Assembly (NCBI GenBank): GCA_046485045.1
Contig: JAWOHT010000273.1
Coordinates: 648-64,647, forward strand
From: Bacteroidales bacterium
GTDB taxonomy: Bacteria; Bacteroidota; Bacteroidia; Bacteroidales; UBA10428
Direction: 5' to 3'
Length of the DNA stretch: 64,000 nucleotides
Positions 8,235 to 16,943 of this stretch are shown in pieces (the first letter of the stretch is position 1; the number at the start of each line of letters is the position of its first letter). The position numbers and the translations under genes are program-made. The notes under the pieces are model-generated. The model made no database searches and was not told the DNA's origin. It worked only from the letters and a program-made list of their open reading frames with translations.

Positions 8235-9212
8235 ATGGTTTATATTTATAACGAAAATACAGATCCTTATTTCAACCTTGCCGTCGAAGAGTATTTGTTA
8301 AAATACTACCATGACGAGGTTTTTATGCTTTGGAGGTGTTTACCTGCCGTTGTGGTTGGCAAGCATCAGAATGCACTTGCAGAGACAAACAGACAATTTA
8401 TAAGAGAAAAAAATATTGTGGTGGCAAGACGGCTTACCGGGGGAGGTGCAGTGTACCACGATGAAGGCAACATAAATTTCACATTTATTGTAAACGGAGA
8501 GAAGGGCAAACTGGTTGACTTCAACCGCTTTCTGTCACCTGTCGTCAGTATGCTCGGCACCCTGGGATTGAACGCTGTGCAGGGACCGAAAAATGAACTT
8601 CTTCTTGGTGAAAAAAAAATTTCGGGCAATGCCGAGCACATCTATAAAACAAAGATATTGCATCATGGTACGCTTCTGTTTAACGCCGATTTGAATCATT
8701 TAAGAGAGGCGCTGAACGTGATGCCCGGAAAATACTTTGATAAATCGGTGCAATCTAACCGAACCAGTGTTACAAATATTTCGGCACATCTTAAAAATAA
8801 AATGTCTCCAGAAAAGTTCATTACCAGTATCTATAATGCATTTTTGGGTGTATTTCCTGAGGCCGGAAATTACGAATTTACTAAGGATGATGTGATTGCA
8901 ATAAAGAAACTTGCTGATGAAAAATACCGCACATGGGAATGGATATACGGGTATTCACCGAAGTACAGCTTTATCAACAGCTTTTTTATTGAAGATAAAC
9001 CTGTAAGCGCAGAGCTGATGGTTGAACAGGGCATTATTACAGCTGCGAAATTTGAAGGCAACTTACTTACGCTTCAACAATCTGGTGCCCTTGCTGCATT
9101 AATCACAGGTAATAAACACGATGAAGTGGAGCTAAGAAAGTGCATTGATCAGAATTTTTCGCACATTTTTAATATTTCAATAATAAATCAATTGCTGGAG
9201 GGCTTGTTTTGA
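8235..9212 (+). CDS. lplA: lipoate-protein ligase A
   Basis: 325 aa. DPYFNLAVEEYLL, VVVGKHQN, RRLTGGGAVYHDEGN and KISGNA match LplA core motifs. Confidence 0.88.
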   Translation: MVYIYNENTDPYFNLAVEEYLLKYYHDEVFMLWRCLPAVVVGKHQNALAETNRQFIREKNIVVARRLTGGGAVYHDEGNINFTFIVNGEKGKLVDFNRFLSPVVSMLGTLGLNAVQGPKNELLLGEKKISGNAEHIYKTKILHHGTLLFNADLNHLREALNVMPGKYFDKSVQSNRTSVTNISAHLKNKMSPEKFITSIYNAFLGVFPEAGNYEFTKDDVIAIKKLADEKYRTWEWIYGYSPKYSFINSFFIEDKPVSAELMVEQGIITAAKFEGNLLTLQQSGALAALITGNKHDEVELRKCIDQNFSHIFNISIINQLLEGLF

Positions 9213-9221
9213 GTAAAAAAG

Positions 9222-9382
9222 GAGGGTGTATTAAAAGTCCTGATAACCTACATTCCTGCGTAAGTAAGAATATCTTAATAATCGTTATTTCAAATAATTC
9301 AGAGATACATAATCAGATCAGTAATGTACATTTCATGACTTTTAAGACATACTTGGGCATTTAAGGGCTTTTAATACACCCT
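9222..9382. repeat. long-range inverted repeat (15 bp arms, ~130-nt spacer) flanked by an A-run and a T-run
   Basis: AGGGTGTATTAAAAG at 9223-9237 is the exact reverse complement of CTTTTAATACACCCT at 9368-9382. AAAAAA precedes it and TTTTT follows. It lies in the convergent lplA / hypothetical-gene gap. Confidence 0.85.
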
Positions 9383-9404
9383 GTTTTTAAATGATATGGT
9401 TGGT

Positions 9405-9965
9405 TTATTTTTTTTCGGTGTCTTCTTCGGGCGGTTCGTATCCGTAAACGGTTCCCCTGATGATGTATCCCGGATATTCACCATACCCGCCGGTCTTTTC
9501 CTTGTAGGTTACAAGAATAACGCTTCCTTTTAAATTGGCCGCTCTTTTCTGCAATTTAATAATCGCCCCTTTCTTTGCAGCTTTTGGGCTTCTTGCACTT
9601 GGCGGAGAGGTAGATTCAATTTCTCCAAGCTTATACATGTTCGCAACATCTTTTTTTTCTTCTGTCAGCCACACAGCTTCCCATGATTCCTGCGAAATTT
9701 CAATAACGGCAGGCTTGTTAAGCTCTTCTACACGGCCATTTTTATAAATGATCTTTTGCACATCTTTTCGTTCAATGGTATAAATCTCGCTTTTGCCCGG
9801 ATATGTAAAACTTACATAGGCCGTGGTTACCGTTGTTACATTTACAGGCAGTATTTTGGTATCTATCCTGAAAATGGTGTCGGTTGGTTCCCTTGTTGTA
9901 CGCGACTGTCCATACAGAACAGTGGTTGCGCAAATTATTATCGTTGATATCAGCAAACTTTTCAT
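9405..9965 (-). CDS. hypothetical secreted protein
   Basis: 186-aa ORF with an N-terminal signal peptide (LLISTIIICATTVLYGQ). No recognised domain. Confidence 0.5.
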   Translation of the reverse strand: MKSLLISTIIICATTVLYGQSRTTREPTDTIFRIDTKILPVNVTTVTTAYVSFTYPGKSEIYTIERKDVQKIIYKNGRVEELNKPAVIEISQESWEAVWLTEEKKDVANMYKLGEIESTSPPSARSPKAAKKGAIIKLQKRAANLKGSVILVTYKEKTGGYGEYPGYIIRGTVYGYEPPEEDTEKK

Positions 9966-10061
9966 TATATATTGTTGTTTTTAGTTACAAATTTTTACTT
10001 GTCTTTACGATTAACTCTCTTTTTGGTTTAAATATTTTAAGATAAACAGCTCTTTTTTTTA

Positions 10062-10403
10062 TTAACTGTCATTTCCGGTTGATAAGAAGTAAAAAGCAAT
10101 AGAAGCAGGAAGAAGATAAACCATAATGCCCGCGTTCAACTCCCCTGGAAATGATTTTATAAACTGATAAACCGATAACAGGAAGATAATGAGACCGGAA
10201 ATAACAGTAAGGGAGTGATTTTTCAAAACCCCTCCGATAAGGATTAACGCTCCGAAAACAAAATAAACTGCAGCAAAATAAAAATCAATACTTTTGAGAT
10301 TAAATGTCTTAAAAATAGAGAAATAGGTAAAGAAAAGAAACGCGACCAGACAAATCCGTAGCAGCCATCGTGCCAGAGGGGTTGTGGTTTTTAATGGTTT
10401 CAT
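10062..10403 (-). CDS. hypothetical small membrane protein
   Basis: 113 aa with four hydrophobic helix-length segments. Confidence 0.5.
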   Translation of the reverse strand: MKPLKTTTPLARWLLRICLVAFLFFTYFSIFKTFNLKSIDFYFAAVYFVFGALILIGGVLKNHSLTVISGLIIFLLSVYQFIKSFPGELNAGIMVYLLPASIAFYFLSTGNDS

Positions 10404-10537
10404 GAGATTGATTATTTTATTTTGTTTTAGAAACTTTACAAATATATTAACAAAGATTCAAAAATCAGGCCATAATAATTCAAATAGCAGAAAATTGAAA
10501 TACCGGGTATTGAATATTGTAATCATTTAAAAATCAT

Positions 10538-10545
10538 TATATTTG
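10538..10545 (+). promoter_or_regulatory. candidate -7 box (TATATTTG) for plsC
   Basis: Perfect TAnnTTTG match 35 nt upstream of the ATG at 10580. Confidence 0.4.
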
Positions 10546-10579
10546 TTCTCTTTCTGAATCGTAGTTTTCCAATAGTCTC

Positions 10580-11335
10580 ATGATGCTCAGGTTTTTTATA
10601 TCGTTTTATTTCTGGTTTTTTGTTCTTTTATCAGGCATATTGATTTTTCCGTTCTATACATTGATCTGGATTATAACAATGCCTTTTGATAAAAATTTAA
10701 AGATTGCACATTATATTACAAGCCTGTGGGCCAATTCATATGTCCTTATCAATCCTTTCTGGAAGGTGGTAACAAGAGGTTTTGAAAAAGCCGGCAAAAA
10801 CAAGGTTTATATTATTGTATGCAACCATCAGTCGCTGCTCGATGCCCTGGTTATTTTCAGGCTCAGGATGCATTTCAGGTGGGTGGCAAAAAAGGAGATT
10901 TACCGGCTTCCCATTGCAGGCTGGGTTATGGCTATGAACAAATACCTGAGCGTTAAACGTGGTGACAAAGAAAGCGGATTAAAAATGCTTGAGAAGGCAA
11001 TAAAGTACATACGGCAGGGTAACTCAATCATGATTTTTCCTGAAGGCACACGTTCAGCCGATGGAAACCTGAATGGCTTTAAAGAAGGAGCTTTCACCCT
11101 GGCCCTTGATACTTGCACAAACATTCTTCCTGTAATTATTGACGGAACTTACAAAGCGCTCCCCAAAAACAGCCTTATGTTAAAACCGAAATGCAAAATT
11201 GCAATGGAGGTTCTTGATGAGATTGATGTAAGCCTTTTCAACCAGAAAGACATTTACGGGTTGCTCAACCACACCAGGCTGGTAATGGAAAACAGACTTG
11301 CTTCAATAAGGTCGGGCAGAAGTGCTATCGCGTGA
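10580..11335 (+). CDS. plsC: 1-acyl-sn-glycerol-3-phosphate acyltransferase
   Basis: N-terminal TM segment, acyltransferase motif I (NHQSLLD) and motif III (FPEGTRS). Confidence 0.85.
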   Translation: MMLRFFISFYFWFFVLLSGILIFPFYTLIWIITMPFDKNLKIAHYITSLWANSYVLINPFWKVVTRGFEKAGKNKVYIIVCNHQSLLDALVIFRLRMHFRWVAKKEIYRLPIAGWVMAMNKYLSVKRGDKESGLKMLEKAIKYIRQGNSIMIFPEGTRSADGNLNGFKEGAFTLALDTCTNILPVIIDGTYKALPKNSLMLKPKCKIAMEVLDEIDVSLFNQKDIYGLLNHTRLVMENRLASIRSGRSAIA

Positions 11336-11336
11336 A

Positions 11337-13571
11337 TCAGGGTAGTTCAGAAATCTTCAGATAATCAATCATAAGCGGTATGTCGAAAGCATTGATGCCA
11401 TTTTTCAACAGGTACCTGCTGTCTTCCTGAAAAATCTTTGTAAACCATTGATAATCGAACTCCGACTTTTTTATTGCCATACGGTAGTTTGCTATTGCTT
11501 CTTGTCTATTTCCCAGGCACCATTCAATATGCCCCAGGTTAAGGAAATCGTTTTTATTCCCGTCTTTTGAAATGGCTTTTTTTAAATATTTTTGTGCATT
11601 TTCAAGGTTGCCGGTTACAAAATAACACCACGAAATAGGTTTCTGGTGTTTGGGGTCTTCGGGATTGTGATATTCAACCTTAAAGTAGTATTTCAATGCA
11701 GCGTCATATTCTTCGAGCTCCATATATGTTTGTCCCAGAAAGACTTGTACCTGCATATCTTCCGGGTTCATTTTTTCGGCTTCAAGATAGTACTCCACTG
11801 CTTTGTTGTAATTTTTTAGTCTGCGGTAACATAATGCTATTTTATTGTATAGCCAGTGCCTGTTTTTTTCTAACAGTTCTGCCTTGTGGTAATACTCAAG
11901 GGCTTTGTTTAGGTCGCCCGTCTGCTGATAACAGAAGCCAATTTTCTCATACAATTCATAAGTGTCATGTTTTGTTGAGAGGCAGCTCAGAAACAGATCC
12001 AGCGCATCGTGAAAGTAGTTTTTGTCAAAAAAGAACTCCCCGATATTTCTTAAAATCTTTGAATCGGTAACAAGAACCCTGAAAAAACCCGATTGATATA
12101 TATTGAAATGAAGCCTGAAGATGTCGTCAAATTCATTGCGTAAAGGATGCAGTTTGAAAAAACGATAAAGGTCTTGAAAATACTGGGTAATAATGGATTT
12201 ATTGTGTGCTGTGGCATTTAATAATTCATCATCTTTTTTCATTTCATTCATGGCTTTGAGTTCCATGTTGAACAATTCTGTCATCATAGATTTTTGAACC
12301 GAAGGCAAATGCTTAACATTAAGGCAAAATGAATATTTATCTGAATTGCACATAAACGACGTGTTTTCAAGCCCTTCTGCAAATTGTTCTTTATCCAGCT
12401 TATCCTGAATATTTTCAAGCGAATTTAATACCATTTTGTTCTCTTTGTAAAAAGGTAAAAACCAGTTGCTGAACTCGTTAAAAAAATCAAACTGTTTGAG
12501 CATGGCAAATGCACCAAGAAAAACATCAGCCCCGTCAAGCTGCATGTTCGAGAACTCTTCGAATTTTTTATAAACATCGGGAGAGTCCTTAAAAAAATTC
12601 TCCCATTCAGGATTTTTCTCTTCCGATAAACTAAATGAAGCGGTATTTTCAATATCCAGTTTTTCTTCGAGGCGCGATTTTATCTTAAGAACTTCCGGCA
12701 AGATTTCATCTTTTATTTTTTGTGAAACCTTTTCAGTCTCTTTCGATTTGATGAAGTGTAAAATAACAAGTTCAATGTTCCCGGTTAGCGAGTTATCTCC
12801 TTCCATGGTTTTGAGCCTGTCGGTAATTTCTGGATAGAACTGCAGCCTTTTGTCATGAAAATGCAATCCCAGTAACCAGCCAATCAAAGCCCTTTGCCAT
12901 ACCTGATCTTCTCCTTCATCGTAAAAATCGAGCAGTAACATTACTTTTTTGCTGTCAAAATGTCTTATAAGCGAAAGTGTAAGTGCGCTTACAAGAATTG
13001 ATTTATCATACCAGGGTATCGGTTTGGTCTTAATAATCTTGTTTACAAGTCCTATCTTGGCGTCCCCTAATTTATCAGTAAGCCAGATCAGGTCAAAGAT
13101 TCTGTTAAGGTGGTTTTTATAATCATCTGAATTACTTTTTTCGGTTTCATCGCTGTTTTTGTTTTCGCCAATTATCAGGTTAATTTCCCTCTCAAACTCA
13201 AGTTTTTCAACCATTTCGTCAGAGTCGCTCCTGGTGATCTGCTTTTCTGCCAGAAGCTTGTGTTTTGATTTATAATAGCCCAACAGGTTGTTACGGATGA
13301 TTAAATCTTCCCTGATATCGTCTGCCAGTTCGGTAAGCGACTTTAATAATTTATTGTAAACCTTTTCTTTTTCCGGATCATCTCCCAGCTCGAATGAATA
13401 TTTCAGAATGTTTCTGTATGTTTCGTAATTGTGCTCCAATTGCACTTTTAAATCAGTATTCTGGCAATTCTCAGCCATTTCCCCAATTATATCAAATGCC
13501 GCCTTAAGCTGTTTCTTATATATATGGTCAAAAAACAGATGATATTTCTCTATTACCTGGGTATATTTCAT
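11337..13571 (-). CDS. 744-aa protein with an uncharacterised N-terminal region and C-terminal TPR repeats
   Basis: The C-terminal ~230 aa shows repeated 34-aa TPR-like units (A..YY.KA....P). The N-terminal ~500 aa is not recognised. It lies 88 nt downstream of the DUF1987 gene on the same strand. Confidence 0.75.
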   Translation of the reverse strand: MKYTQVIEKYHLFFDHIYKKQLKAAFDIIGEMAENCQNTDLKVQLEHNYETYRNILKYSFELGDDPEKEKVYNKLLKSLTELADDIREDLIIRNNLLGYYKSKHKLLAEKQITRSDSDEMVEKLEFEREINLIIGENKNSDETEKSNSDDYKNHLNRIFDLIWLTDKLGDAKIGLVNKIIKTKPIPWYDKSILVSALTLSLIRHFDSKKVMLLLDFYDEGEDQVWQRALIGWLLGLHFHDKRLQFYPEITDRLKTMEGDNSLTGNIELVILHFIKSKETEKVSQKIKDEILPEVLKIKSRLEEKLDIENTASFSLSEEKNPEWENFFKDSPDVYKKFEEFSNMQLDGADVFLGAFAMLKQFDFFNEFSNWFLPFYKENKMVLNSLENIQDKLDKEQFAEGLENTSFMCNSDKYSFCLNVKHLPSVQKSMMTELFNMELKAMNEMKKDDELLNATAHNKSIITQYFQDLYRFFKLHPLRNEFDDIFRLHFNIYQSGFFRVLVTDSKILRNIGEFFFDKNYFHDALDLFLSCLSTKHDTYELYEKIGFCYQQTGDLNKALEYYHKAELLEKNRHWLYNKIALCYRRLKNYNKAVEYYLEAEKMNPEDMQVQVFLGQTYMELEEYDAALKYYFKVEYHNPEDPKHQKPISWCYFVTGNLENAQKYLKKAISKDGNKNDFLNLGHIEWCLGNRQEAIANYRMAIKKSEFDYQWFTKIFQEDSRYLLKNGINAFDIPLMIDYLKISELP

Positions 13572-13659
13572 ATGCTGACAGTTATTACTGTTAATCGTTA
13601 AATTTCTGTAAATATGATATAATCAAATATCAGGCCAATTGGTGCGGGTAAGAAAAGCG

Positions 13660-14034
13660 CTATTCGCTCACCATGTAAAATGGAATGTTGCAATTGGAGG
13701 CAAATTCCTCTCCCATTTCCTTCATTTCAGGGTCGCCCGAATTATAAAACCATAGAACCTTAACTTCGGTGCCCTTGTTTATAGCCGGTTCCAGGTATGT
13801 TATCAGGTTAAGTATCATTTTGGCAGACGAGGTGTTAAGATATTCAAAGTTAAGCATCAGGTGTGTGTGGTCATTCGGATTTTTGCAGTAGTCATGTATC
13901 CACCCGAGTAGCGGATTATAAAACTCGAAAATATTTGGGGGCAAAGATACCCCCATAATCTCAAACCGGTTGGAGTATTTATCAAAAAGCACACTCGGGG
14001 TGTCGTGGGTGGCATCTATTATTAATGGTTTCAT
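13660..14034 (-). CDS. DUF1987 / SiaC-family regulatory protein
   Basis: 124 aa. The pattern ID.T..TP.V.FD.....F.I.G.S.PEN...FY.P...W...Y and the FEYLNTSSAKMI segment match my recollection of the DUF1987 (SiaC) family. Confidence 0.75.
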   Translation of the reverse strand: MKPLIIDATHDTPSVLFDKYSNRFEIMGVSLPPNIFEFYNPLLGWIHDYCKNPNDHTHLMLNFEYLNTSSAKMILNLITYLEPAINKGTEVKVLWFYNSGDPEMKEMGEEFASNCNIPFYMVSE

Positions 14035-14114
14035 AAAACTGCTGGTAATTTAGCGGTTTTCTCTGACAAATCTTAAAAGTAATAAAAAGAATGATTAATT
14101 CAAAGACTGGTTTT

Positions 14115-14249
14115 TATGCATATTATTTCTGTATAACCCTGCTGTTTTTGTAATATTGTTATTAAATAGGTTTAAATTCTTGAAAAAACAGGAATTGATA
14201 TTAGACGGATTTTAAAGATTTTATTATAACTTTAGTCTTGGTATGCATA
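14115..14249. promoter_or_regulatory. two copies of the 8-nt palindrome TATGCATA in the divergent promoter region
   Basis: TATGCATA occurs at 14115-14122 and at 14242-14249, within the 244-nt gap between the DUF1987 gene and the phosphatase gene. Confidence 0.3.
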
Positions 14250-14278
14250 TGCCAAATAGCAGATAAACAGTCTACATT

Positions 14279-16828
14279 ATGATGATAAATTACAAAAGAG
14301 TACTTTTAATTACTGCAATTTTATATTTTATTTCCGTAAATTCTTATTATACTGGGTGTTATGCTTCTTTTCAAAAAGCAGGCAACATTTTATCAGACTT
14401 AACACAGGGTGAGACTTCACAACCTGTTGACAAGAATAAAATGTATGCAACTTATATTTCCAGGGGTGACAGCCTTATGAAATTAAAACAATACCAGCCT
14501 GCAATGTCATCTTTTCAAAGAGCTGCCGAGTTGATGCCTTTTGAGGAATATCCCCGCCTTCAGATGCAAAGAATTGAGGCCATACTGGGGGTTCGGCAAA
14601 TGGAAGAAAGGAAAAGGCTGGTAAACCAGAAATTGGCCGACACTGTAGATAAACAAGAATCTGCACAGCGTGTCACCGAAGTACCTGCCGATGCAGGTAA
14701 AACCAGTATCGCTAAGCGCGACAGCCTTAGCAGGGCAATCATGGATAAATACAAGGCGACTTTGCAGAAAATCGAATCTTCAGAAAACGCAAGCGAAAAA
14801 GCCACTGTACTCTCAACCGTTGCAGATGAACTAAAGGAAGCCGGCGATATTGAAACTGCACTGAAGTTTTATACCCAATCGCTTTCTGTTGCAGAAGAAC
14901 ATGGCGATCAGGAAAGGGTATCGGATATTCTGGCAAATATGGCCGAAGCCTATTTAGATTCGGGCTTATTCGATGCAACGGTTCAAACCCTTGAGAAGTC
15001 TGCCATTATTAAGAAGGAAATAGGTGATGATAAAGGAGTGGCGAAAATTTATAACAACATAGGAAAGGTCTACGAATCAACCTACGATTTTGACAATGCC
15101 CTTGAGAACTATTCAAAGTCGGCGGAGGTTAAAGGAAAACTTAATGATGAAAAAGGCCTTTCTGATGTGATGGATAATATCGGGAACATATATTACAGGA
15201 AGCAGATTCTTGGAAAATCAATAGATTCATACCAGAAATCTGCTGAACTGAACGAAAGGCTCAACAATAGCGAAGAACTGGGCAGTACCCTGAATAAAAT
15301 GGGGGTAGCTTATTACGAGCTTGGAAAATATGACGATGCCGTAAGGTACTATCAACGTTCATTCGATTTGAAAAAACAGACCGGCAACGATAAAGATGCC
15401 TCTATGGCCTTAAACAACCTGGGCAACATCAACTATAACCAAAATAAATACAAGAAAGCCATTTCTTATTATGAACAATCGCTGAATTTAAAAGAGAATG
15501 CAGATTATATTTATGGCAAAGCTTTGAGCTATTTCAACCTGGGCAATGCTTACAGGCAGATAGGGCCGGCTCAGGAGGCAATTAAATATTACGAGGCATG
15601 TAAAAACCTGTCGGTACAAAACAATTACGAAGAATTGCTCGCCAGAAGCCTCAAAGCATTATCAGCCATCTATAGAGAAAGAAACCAGGGAGATAAAGCT
15701 GCAGAATATGAACAATTGCTCGCGACTTCACAATATCAGGATGTTGATATTGAGGGTCAATTGTCAGAAAGTCAGATAATGGGTGAAACAGATGCGAACC
15801 AGGAGATTATTTTCAAACTAACCGAAGAGGTGCGCAAACAAAAAGAGATTGCTGAACGGGAGTCGCAGGAACGGGCTCGCGAAAACCTGTTAAACAGTCA
15901 GCGGCTAAGGCTTAAAAATGAACAGATTAAAAGGCAGCGGATTATTCTCGTTTCAATGATTGCAGTAATTGCACTCGTTATAGGTGTGCTTGGCCTCATT
16001 TATTACCAGATGGTGCAGAAAAAGAAAGCCAATAAAATACTTACCGAGAAGAACAATCTTATTTCTAAACAGGCCAAGATGATTACAGATAATATTAAAT
16101 CGGCCAGCGCCATCCAGCGTGCGGCCATGCCTCCCGAAAGCCTGATGAAGAAAGAGCTGCCTGAATATTTTGTGCTTAATATGCCAAAAGATATTGTAAG
16201 TGGCGACTTTTACTGGATGGAAAAACGCGACGGAAAAATGTTTATTGCTGTTGCCGATTGCACGGGGCATGGTGTTCAAGGTGCGGTAGTAAGTATGCTG
16301 GGCATGGCCTTATTGAACGAAATTGTGAACAAAAGCTATGCCGATCCTCCGGGCGAAATATTAAACCAGCTCAGCATAAAGCTTAAAGCTTCATTGCACG
16401 CAAGCGGCGATATTGATGAGATTAGGGAGGGTATGGATATGGTACTGCTGAAGTTTGAAAAAGGATTGGATGAGATGGAATTTTCCGGGGCCAACAATCC
16501 GGTTTACATCGTACGTAACAACGATATTATAGAATACAAGGGAGATCGCTCACCAATTGGGTATTACAGCAAAGAAGTGAATTTTACCAACCAGAAGGTT
16601 AAGCTTATTAAAGGTGATTCGGTATACATGTTTTCTGACGGCTATGCAGACCAGTTGAGTGGCGTGAACTATAAAAAATACCTTACAAAACGCTTTAAGT
16701 CACTTTTGGTATTTATTGATCCTTTGTCTATGGAAGAGCGCAGAGAAAAGTTATTAAAGGAGTTTAATGAATGGAAAGGTGGGTTTCAGCAGGTTGACGA
16801 TGTAATGATACTTTGCATTAAAGTATGA
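14279..16828 (+). CDS. TPR-repeat / transmembrane / SpoIIE-PP2C family protein phosphatase
   Basis: Signal peptide, about 9 TPR units (aa ~170-480), a coiled-coil, and a TM helix (IILVSMIAVIALVIGVLGLIYY). The C-terminal PP2C/SpoIIE motifs are GDFYW, AVADCTGHGVQGA, FSDGYADQ and VDDVMILCIKV. Confidence 0.85.
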   Translation: MMINYKRVLLITAILYFISVNSYYTGCYASFQKAGNILSDLTQGETSQPVDKNKMYATYISRGDSLMKLKQYQPAMSSFQRAAELMPFEEYPRLQMQRIEAILGVRQMEERKRLVNQKLADTVDKQESAQRVTEVPADAGKTSIAKRDSLSRAIMDKYKATLQKIESSENASEKATVLSTVADELKEAGDIETALKFYTQSLSVAEEHGDQERVSDILANMAEAYLDSGLFDATVQTLEKSAIIKKEIGDDKGVAKIYNNIGKVYESTYDFDNALENYSKSAEVKGKLNDEKGLSDVMDNIGNIYYRKQILGKSIDSYQKSAELNERLNNSEELGSTLNKMGVAYYELGKYDDAVRYYQRSFDLKKQTGNDKDASMALNNLGNINYNQNKYKKAISYYEQSLNLKENADYIYGKALSYFNLGNAYRQIGPAQEAIKYYEACKNLSVQNNYEELLARSLKALSAIYRERNQGDKAAEYEQLLATSQYQDVDIEGQLSESQIMGETDANQEIIFKLTEEVRKQKEIAERESQERARENLLNSQRLRLKNEQIKRQRIILVSMIAVIALVIGVLGLIYYQMVQKKKANKILTEKNNLISKQAKMITDNIKSASAIQRAAMPPESLMKKELPEYFVLNMPKDIVSGDFYWMEKRDGKMFIAVADCTGHGVQGAVVSMLGMALLNEIVNKSYADPPGEILNQLSIKLKASLHASGDIDEIREGMDMVLLKFEKGLDEMEFSGANNPVYIVRNNDIIEYKGDRSPIGYYSKEVNFTNQKVKLIKGDSVYMFSDGYADQLSGVNYKKYLTKRFKSLLVFIDPLSMEERREKLLKEFNEWKGGFQQVDDVMILCIKV

Positions 16829-16871
16829 TAAGCCCTGTGCTTTATGATTTTACCCCAAAGTATTATAAAAA

Positions 16872-16894
16872 AAGGCACACTTTGCGTGTGCCTT
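16872..16894. terminator. rho-independent terminator hairpin (strong for hup on the - strand)
   Basis: AAGGCACAC-tttgc-GTGTGCCTT forms a 9-bp stem. The A-run on the + side becomes a T-run after the hairpin on the - strand. Confidence 0.75.
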
Positions 16895-16906
16895 CATTTA
16901 ACCTTA

Positions 16907-16921
16907 AGAAATTCTGACTTA
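16907..16921 (-). repeat. 15-nt motif AGAAATTCTGACTTA, copy 1 (3' flank of hup)
   Basis: An identical 15-mer recurs at 52947-52961. Both copies lie 21-22 nt beyond the stop codon of a - strand gene. Confidence 0.8.
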
Positions 16922-16943
16922 ATTAACCGGTTAATTCAAATAA

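Noticed and set aside
9238-9367. 15-codon - strand ORF (MPKYVLKVMKCTLLI) within the large loop of the 9.2-kb inverted repeat, as a small toxin-like peptide
   Set aside because: It is too short to evaluate, and it has no upstream promoter or initiation context that I can support. It is kept only as part of the inverted-repeat finding.
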